A stretch of DNA of 52,912 nucleotides from a candidate division WWE3 bacterium CSP1-7 (GTDB lineage Bacteria > Patescibacteriota > WWE3 > 9FT-COMBO-53-11), in contig LDXK01000003.1 of NCBI GenBank assembly GCA_001443395.1, positions 33,182 to 86,093 on the forward strand. The letters run 5' to 3'. Made by a program: the position numbers and the translations under genes. Numbering within the stretch: the stretch's first letter is position 1; every line of letters begins with the position of its first letter. Shown piece after piece: positions 48,662 through 52,912 of this stretch. The notes beneath the pieces are model-generated. The model did no database searches. It worked only from the letters and a program-made list of their open reading frames with translations, and was not told the DNA's origin.

Positions 48662-48716
48662 TTGACCCAGCGAAATTTGGGATTAAACTTTAGCTAGTTA
48701 AAAGAAGGAGGAGGAG

Positions 48717-49229
48717 ATGACGCTGAAACGGACGGCCGATGTTCTGACCGCGATCCGGCTCTTGGGCGCAATGGTCGTTCCCGTGATCGGTTGGATCAAG
48801 GGACCGGCCGCAATCGCCGGTGCCGGCGGTTGGCTTCTGCTCTTACTCTGGCTGACCGACCTCTTCGACGGCCGATTGGCGCGCCGGAGCGGCCACGCCG
48901 GTGAGGGCTTTTTCGGGAGAAACGACGGCTGGGTGGATCTGGCGCTGGGAGTGGCGAGCTTCACTCTGCTGGCGATCACCGGTTTTGTGAACCCCTGGAT
49001 GTACTGGGGCGTGGTGGTCGCCATCGCCGTCCTGCTCCGAGTGGACTTCCTGGTCTTCCAGGGCCTAATCACTTTCGCTTGGGCCGTCCTCTACTTCGCG
49101 GTCGCTGTCGGCCAGGATCCGGTCTATTTGGTAGGGATCGCATTGCTGGGGGGTCTGCACGCGCTCTTCTCGCGGGAACGGTTCATGGTCCTCTGGAATC
49201 AATTTTGGGGACACGTTTTTAAGCGTTAG
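48717..49229 (+). CDS. CDP-alcohol phosphatidyltransferase family protein
   Basis: RBS AGGAGGAGGAG; DLFDGRLARRSG...G...DGWVDL fits DG(x)2AR...G(x)3D(x)3D. Confidence 0.75.
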   Translation: MTLKRTADVLTAIRLLGAMVVPVIGWIKGPAAIAGAGGWLLLLLWLTDLFDGRLARRSGHAGEGFFGRNDGWVDLALGVASFTLLAITGFVNPWMYWGVVVAIAVLLRVDFLVFQGLITFAWAVLYFAVAVGQDPVYLVGIALLGGLHALFSRERFMVLWNQFWGHVFKR

Positions 49230-49238
49230 AATTCGAAC

Positions 49239-49270
49239 GGGCTGTGCCTTTTGTCGCACAGCTCTTTTTT
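49239..49270 (+). terminator. Rho-independent terminator
   Basis: GCTGTGC / GCACAGC then TCTTTTTT. Confidence 0.75.
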
Positions 49271-49276
49271 GTGTCC

Positions 49277-49311
49277 ATAAAAAAGCGGCGAGATTTTCAT
49301 CTCAACCGCTT
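49277..49311 (-). terminator. Rho-independent terminator of the minus-strand three-gene unit
   Basis: AAGCGG..GAGAT-TTTC-ATCTC..CCGCTT compound hairpin; minus strand continues TTTTTTAT. Confidence 0.7.
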
Positions 49312-49326
49312 GAGGTTCGACCCGCG

Positions 49327-49536
49327 TTACTCCTTCCTTTCGGCGAGAATCCGCGGCTTCCATCCCAGAGTGTGCGGTTCCGCCCTTTCAATGTTGGCGA
49401 TGAGTGAGCCGCAGTTTCGGCACCAATCGAGTGTTCCCACGAGGTACGGAAGGTCCAGCAACTTGATGAGCTCGTGGCGGCCGGCCGCACAATTGGCAAG
49501 AACCTCGTCCAGAGCGGGCGGTTGGCCGGCGCTCAT
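49327..49536 (-). CDS. Small Cys-containing hypothetical protein (69 aa)
   Basis: ATG overlaps the upstream stop (ATGA); ...NCAAGRHE...DWCRNCGS...; it is the only non-low-complexity part of the 226-aa track ORF. Confidence 0.5.
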   Translation of the reverse strand: MSAGQPPALDEVLANCAAGRHELIKLLDLPYLVGTLDWCRNCGSLIANIERAEPHTLGWKPRILAERKE

Positions 49537-49667
49537 TTGGATTCCCTGTTGCGGTCCTTCGTGATCCGGTGGAGGACCCACCCCAGAGCAATGAGGATCA
49601 GAATTGGAATGCCGATGCGCAAACCGATCCCGACGCAGACGGCGGCGACTTCGCAGGCAATATCCAT
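49533..49667 (-). CDS. Very small membrane protein (44 aa), not in the ORF track
   Basis: My translation MDIACEVAAVCVGIGLRIGIPILILIALGWVLHRITKDRNRESK*; RBS GAGGAGGCGAG. Confidence 0.5.
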   Translation of the reverse strand: MDIACEVAAVCVGIGLRIGIPILILIALGWVLHRITKDRNRESK

Positions 49668-49685
49668 CTCGCCTCCTCAATCCGG

Positions 49686-49976
49686 TTAGTAATATCGCCA
49701 CAGGTTGGCGAAGAACTCCCAGGCCAGGTAGAACGGTCCGCCCAGTCCCATCAGGAAAGACATCTTCCGCCCGTACTTCCGGGTGAAGTACTGCCGGTCG
49801 CGTTCGCTGTAGGTGCGAACGGTCGCGTCCAGGATGTAGCCGGAAACCAGATAGAGGGCGCCGATGAGGAAGATCACCCCGGTGTGGGGAAAGATCCGGT
49901 TCAGCCCCAAGAGCACCGTTCCGCCAGACAACAGGGTTCCGAGCCAGATTAACACGCGCATGAACCGGGTGGACAT
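49686..49976 (-). CDS. Small membrane protein (96 aa)
   Basis: RBS AAGAGGAGGAGAAC; three hydrophobic segments. Confidence 0.6.
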   Translation of the reverse strand: MSTRFMRVLIWLGTLLSGGTVLLGLNRIFPHTGVIFLIGALYLVSGYILDATVRTYSERDRQYFTRKYGRKMSFLMGLGGPFYLAWEFFANLWRYY

Positions 49977-50034
49977 GTTCTCCTCCTCTTTCGGTTTTCT
50001 GGCTCAAGTTTACACCCGTCCGGTCTAGTTCGCA

Positions 50035-50063
50035 AAAAAACCCATCGGGTTGGGATGGGTTTA
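50035..50063 (-). terminator. Rho-independent terminator
   Basis: AAACCCATC / GATGGGTTT; minus strand continues TTTTTTT. Confidence 0.75.
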
Positions 50064-50067
50064 GGGT

Positions 50068-50652
50068 TCACCGGCTTCGGCCGAGCTTACCCATTGAGAC
50101 TAGTCGAGAGTAGTTTACCGGGTAGCCGCCGAGGCAAGCCTGGTAAACGACGTTGCTCACGTCATGTTTCGGCGGCCAGGCACCCCACCGGAGCTTTATT
50201 CCGGCCTGGTCCCTCATCAGCGGGAACAACAGGACGCCGTGGGCTTCAGGACAGAGATCCACGATCGTTCCCGGGTTCTCTTTGAGGAACTTCTGGGCCT
50301 CGGCGTACAACCGGGCCCGGGCCCGATTCTGCCAGTACCGGACGTTGTACCATTCCGCCGGGAACCGGAGGTTGGGGTGAGTTCGCCGGCGTTCATCCGC
50401 ATCCTTTCCTACCGGATATTGAGTGTAAATCAGGTAGGTGCCCTGACCGAAGTCGAGAATCTCGTCGATCAGAATCTCGGTCGGAGGACACTCCCTGGTC
50501 ACCCGTCCTTTCAGGTCAGCGGCGATGCCGTCCAGCGGGCGGAAGTAACCGATGTTCGGACAACCGCGGGGATGTTTGGGATATGGGTTCCCACACAGCT
50601 CCTGCGTCTGCCGCCGAAAGCGAATCGTGCCGGGATCGATTCGGAGAATCAT
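50068..50652 (-). CDS. Hypothetical Cys-containing protein (194 aa)
   Basis: Start at ATG 50652 overlapping the upstream stop (ATGA); MILRIDPGTIRFRRQTQELCGNPYPKHPRGCPNIG...; the upstream part of the 320-aa track ORF is an R/G/P-rich shadow. Confidence 0.55.
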   Translation of the reverse strand: MILRIDPGTIRFRRQTQELCGNPYPKHPRGCPNIGYFRPLDGIAADLKGRVTRECPPTEILIDEILDFGQGTYLIYTQYPVGKDADERRRTHPNLRFPAEWYNVRYWQNRARARLYAEAQKFLKENPGTIVDLCPEAHGVLLFPLMRDQAGIKLRWGAWPPKHDVSNVVYQACLGGYPVNYSRLVSMGKLGRSR

Positions 50653-50990
50653 TGGCCCACCTTTTCGGGAACGTACAGGCGGCGAGCGAGCCAGGAGCCG
50701 GCCCGGGTGCGTGGTTTCCGGTGTAGATCGGCGACCAAAACTTCTCGAATAACGTACTTCCCCTTGGTTTGCTTCTGGAAGGCGAGAACGGCCTGCCAAT
50801 TCCGAAAGCAGTGGAATCCAGCCCGGTACTTTCGGCCGGCGGCGCCCTCTCGGACCCAGCGGGCTTTCGCTTCCACCCAGATTCCCCGGGGAACCACACT
50901 CGTTCCGGCGTGAGCGCGAAACAGAAACCGCAGCCGTCCCTGCCGGTCCACTCGAAAAGCTTTCCAAGCGCGAGTGCTTCCGTTGGACAT
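50649..50990 (-). CDS. Hypothetical protein (113 aa)
   Basis: Start at ATG 50990 with RBS AGAAGGAGGAGACA; extended -10 TGTTATCAT on the minus strand at 51021-51029. Confidence 0.55.
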   Translation of the reverse strand: MSNGSTRAWKAFRVDRQGRLRFLFRAHAGTSVVPRGIWVEAKARWVREGAAGRKYRAGFHCFRNWQAVLAFQKQTKGKYVIREVLVADLHRKPRTRAGSWLARRLYVPEKVGQ

Positions 50991-51074
50991 TGTCTCCTCC
51001 TTCTGTTGGTTTTCGCAGAAATGATAACACGGAAACACATTTGATGCTATAGGGTTTCGGTGGTATTATTTAGT

Positions 51075-51109
51075 TTGAGTTCCCTCTGGGCAGAGGGAGG
51101 CACTCAAAA
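51075..51109 (+). promoter_or_regulatory. 5'-leader hairpin downstream of extended -10 TGGTATTAT (51062-51070)
   Basis: Outer stem TTTGAGT/ACTCAAA, inner stem TCCCTCT/AGAGGGA, loop GGGC; lies between the divergent promoters. Confidence 0.5.
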
Positions 51110-51154
51110 CCATAGCCGATGGTGAAAAACCTAGGCGATTGAGGAGAGTGACGC

Positions 51155-51775
51155 GTGAGTGGAAATCTGATGGGTCAAGATGTCCGTGCTCGAATGGCAG
51201 CGATTCTGTTGACTCGCGCCCAAAACCGGTTGGTGGTCCGTGTCGGGGTCGATTTCGTGTCGGGAGAGTTTCCGCACATCGGTCTTCGGCGCCGGATCTC
51301 GATTTACCTACTGACCTTCTGCAAAACCGAAGGACAGGAGGGCTTTTTCGAAGTTCGCTACTTGAGCGACGACGATCCTACCGGATGGTACCAGGCCAAG
51401 TTTGAGCTGAAACCGCTGTACACCATCGGGCCGTGGGGTTCCGAGCTGTTGGCCGTGCCGGAGCAAGAGCGGAGCCTGATTGCGCTTCAGAGCCAGCTCG
51501 CGCTTTGGGAGATACTCTTCCCGCCGTTCGTCTCGGCCGCTGAGGAAATGATCGGCGTCAAGGATCAACGGGGGAGCTTCTCAAACCGGCCGATTATGAA
51601 TCCGCGAACGATGATCCACTTTTCCCGCCTCTATGGCCGGCTGGAGCAGCTCTTGAAGTCGGGGGGTTCCTCTGATGTTTGGGTGGCGGAAACGTTTCTC
51701 AAACGCCTGGGACCTTACCTTGCCGCCAGTGTCAAAGTTTGGGCGGATTGGAATCGGCAGTTTGGGATCGAGTGA
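51155..51775 (+). CDS. Hypothetical protein (206 aa)
   Basis: GTG start, RBS GAGGAGAG; strong terminator follows. Confidence 0.55.
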   Translation: MSGNLMGQDVRARMAAILLTRAQNRLVVRVGVDFVSGEFPHIGLRRRISIYLLTFCKTEGQEGFFEVRYLSDDDPTGWYQAKFELKPLYTIGPWGSELLAVPEQERSLIALQSQLALWEILFPPFVSAAEEMIGVKDQRGSFSNRPIMNPRTMIHFSRLYGRLEQLLKSGGSSDVWVAETFLKRLGPYLAASVKVWADWNRQFGIE

Positions 51776-51793
51776 TATCGGATAGCACCTTTC

Positions 51794-51824
51794 AGCTCGC
51801 TGCTGCCCCAGCGAGCTTTTTTTT
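51794..51824 (+). terminator. Rho-independent terminator
   Basis: AGCTCGCT / AGCGAGCT then TTTTTTTT. Confidence 0.85.
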
Positions 51825-51825
51825 G

Positions 51826-51859
51826 CAAAAAGAAAACCCTCTATTTCCTAGAGGGTTTT
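51826..51859 (-). terminator. Rho-independent terminator
   Basis: AAAACCCTCTA / TAGAGGGTTTT; minus strand continues TTTTCTTTTT; the stop of 51841-52293 lies inside the hairpin. Confidence 0.7.
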
Positions 51860-52293
51860 GATCGTTTCGGTCGGGGAATCGCGTTCAGCTCTTTCGCGGC
51901 ATGTTCCTCGAATTCTTCCACCAGCTGCCTGATCCGGCGGCGAACTCTCCGGCGGAAGTTCTTGTCATCGCCGTAGGCAAAGATTTGCCCCCAGGTGAAC
52001 TGGCCCCAGAACTTGCGGTCGAGGATGTCCTCAATCGCTTCGCCCGAATCAAGATTGACGATCTGGAAATCAGGGTCGGATCGATTTCCGCTCCCGCGCC
52101 GGAAACGGAAGTGAGAACCGCTGGTGGCGGCGGCCCAGACCGAGACTCTCCCGTTCTTCCTCGTCACAAAGATGCGGCAAAGTCCGGGGCCGATTCCAAC
52201 TCCTGGACTCACATAGAGGGTCTGATTCTTACCAAGAAAGAACTTGATCTCTTCGGCGAGTCGTCCCCGCTTGGTCTCCCTTCGTTTCTTCAT
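51841..52293 (-). CDS. Hypothetical basic protein (150 aa)
   Basis: ATG overlaps the upstream stop (ATGA). Confidence 0.55.
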   Translation of the reverse strand: MKKRRETKRGRLAEEIKFFLGKNQTLYVSPGVGIGPGLCRIFVTRKNGRVSVWAAATSGSHFRFRRGSGNRSDPDFQIVNLDSGEAIEDILDRKFWGQFTWGQIFAYGDDKNFRRRVRRRIRQLVEEFEEHAAKELNAIPRPKRSKPSRK

Positions 52294-52472
52294 CTCCGAG
52301 ACTCCTTATTCAGCTTCTCGATGTGGTCTAGCGCATCGGCAAACCATCGGTCCAGTCGGTCGTAGTCCCGGCGTGGGACCCACCAGATACCGAGATGACC
52401 GAGGATTTTCTGGCCTTTCTTTTGGAACCGGCGCTGAAATTTCCGGGCGGCGGCCAAGCTGAACTTAGCCAT
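52290..52472 (-). CDS. Small basic hypothetical protein (60 aa)
   Basis: Start moved to ATG 52472 (RBS CAGGGAGAAAT); 8-nt overlap with the upstream gene. Confidence 0.5.
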   Translation of the reverse strand: MAKFSLAAARKFQRRFQKKGQKILGHLGIWWVPRRDYDRLDRWFADALDHIEKLNKESRR

Positions 52473-52716
52473 ATTTCTCCCTGTTTTCGACAACGTTGAT
52501 CTGTCGGTCCAGCTCCTCCAGATAGGGTTTCGAAGAGAGGGTTACCAGGAAGAGCAGGAGATCAACGGCGAGGTTCAGGGAGGCCAGGGCCAGCCGGATC
52601 TCTCGATTCTCGACGCGCACCAGCTCTCTGTTGGCGGCCCGCGATAGGTCTTCGATCGCGCTTTTGACGCCATCGATCTGCGCCTTGATCAAACGGGGAT
52701 CGGTGCCGGGAGCCAT
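52465..52716 (-). CDS. Hypothetical coiled-coil protein (83 aa)
   Basis: RBS AGAAAGGAGAGGCG. Confidence 0.55.
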   Translation of the reverse strand: MAPGTDPRLIKAQIDGVKSAIEDLSRAANRELVRVENREIRLALASLNLAVDLLLFLVTLSSKPYLEELDRQINVVENREKYG

Positions 52717-52788
52717 CGCCTCTCCTTTCTAAATGAGTTTTCGAGAAAATGATAGCACGGGATTTAAACCGCTTCCTATGGTTGTCCG

Positions 52789-52826
52789 AAAAACAAAAAG
52801 CAGTGGGAGATAAACTCGCCACTGCT
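52789..52826 (-). terminator. Rho-independent terminator
   Basis: AGCAGTGG / CCACTGCT; minus strand continues TTTTTGTTTTT. Confidence 0.75.
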
Positions 52827-52835
52827 GTGGTGCGT

Positions 52836-52912
52836 TCAGAAGCCCGTCATCATCCCGCCGAATGCCACGATCCAATTTGGGCGATCACTTTCCAGATCGA
52901 CGTGATAACCGC
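52836..52912 (-). CDS. 3' end of an unidentified gene (starts right of window)
   Basis: Open frame ...GYHVDLESDRPNWIVAFGGMMTGF* ending TGA at 52836-52838, followed by a terminator. Confidence 0.3.
   Translation of the reverse strand, partial: GYHVDLESDRPNWIVAFGGMMTGF

Noticed and set aside
50653-51040. N-terminal 126 codons of the 320-aa ORF (50068-51030) and the 174-aa ORF 50516-51040
   Set aside because: They are R/G/P-rich read-through frames overlapping the SD-preceded 113-aa gene. The 194-aa product starts at an ATG that overlaps that gene's stop.
1-52912. Alternative genetic code (UGA recoded, as in some candidate phyla)
   Set aside because: trpS, pcm and the GH1 fragment end at TGA at the expected protein C-termini. 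No conserved gene shows in-frame TGA.

Overview
This is 52.9 kb of bacterial chromosome, by eye about 55% GC, densely coding on both strands. It uses the standard genetic code: recognisable genes end in TGA, TAA or TAG.

Recognisable genes, left to right:
- GH1 beta-glucosidase 3' end and a peptidoglycan amidase.
- A thioredoxin-CcdA fusion and a second CcdA-like protein.
- A sortase with a PT-repeat sorting-signal substrate, and a P-type cation ATPase.
- An ATP-cone protein next to a deoxynucleoside kinase.
- A tRNA-binding protein, a C45 peptidase, a tyrosine recombinase and an FtsB/DivIC-like protein.
- trpS, ftsH, a stand-alone 5'-3' exonuclease, a GT4 glycosyltransferase, mutM, recF, an ATP-dependent DNA ligase, pcm and an MFS transporter.
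- A pentose-phosphate/glycolysis block: rpiB, rpe, split transketolase and class II fba.

There are five tRNA genes: Asn-GTT, Ile-TAT and three with CAT anticodons. The right fifth (about 42.1-52.9 kb) looks accessory: roughly 30 short, mostly unrecognisable ORFs, many with strong Shine-Dalgarno sites. The repertoire (ATP-dependent ligase, split tkt, salvage kinase, sortase, many tiny secreted or membrane proteins) suggests a reduced-genome Candidate Phyla Radiation/Patescibacteria-type organism. That is inference only.

The most unusual observation is at 23809-24048. A tRNA(CAT) gene is interrupted at position 37/38 by a 163-nt structured insert that itself contains a complete further tRNA(CAT) gene.

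Other notable items:
- An 18-nt duplicate of the tRNA-Asn 5' end sits at the predicted transcription start.
- There is a tRNA-Ile with a TAT anticodon.
- A 4+4 inverted array of 9-bp CAGTAAA iterons lies beside the recombinase gene.
- Two families of ~55-80-nt repeats begin at or inside the stop codons of unrelated genes.
- An ACTATGGG box recurs in promoter regions.

No CRISPR array, rRNA gene, transposase or reverse transcriptase was seen.
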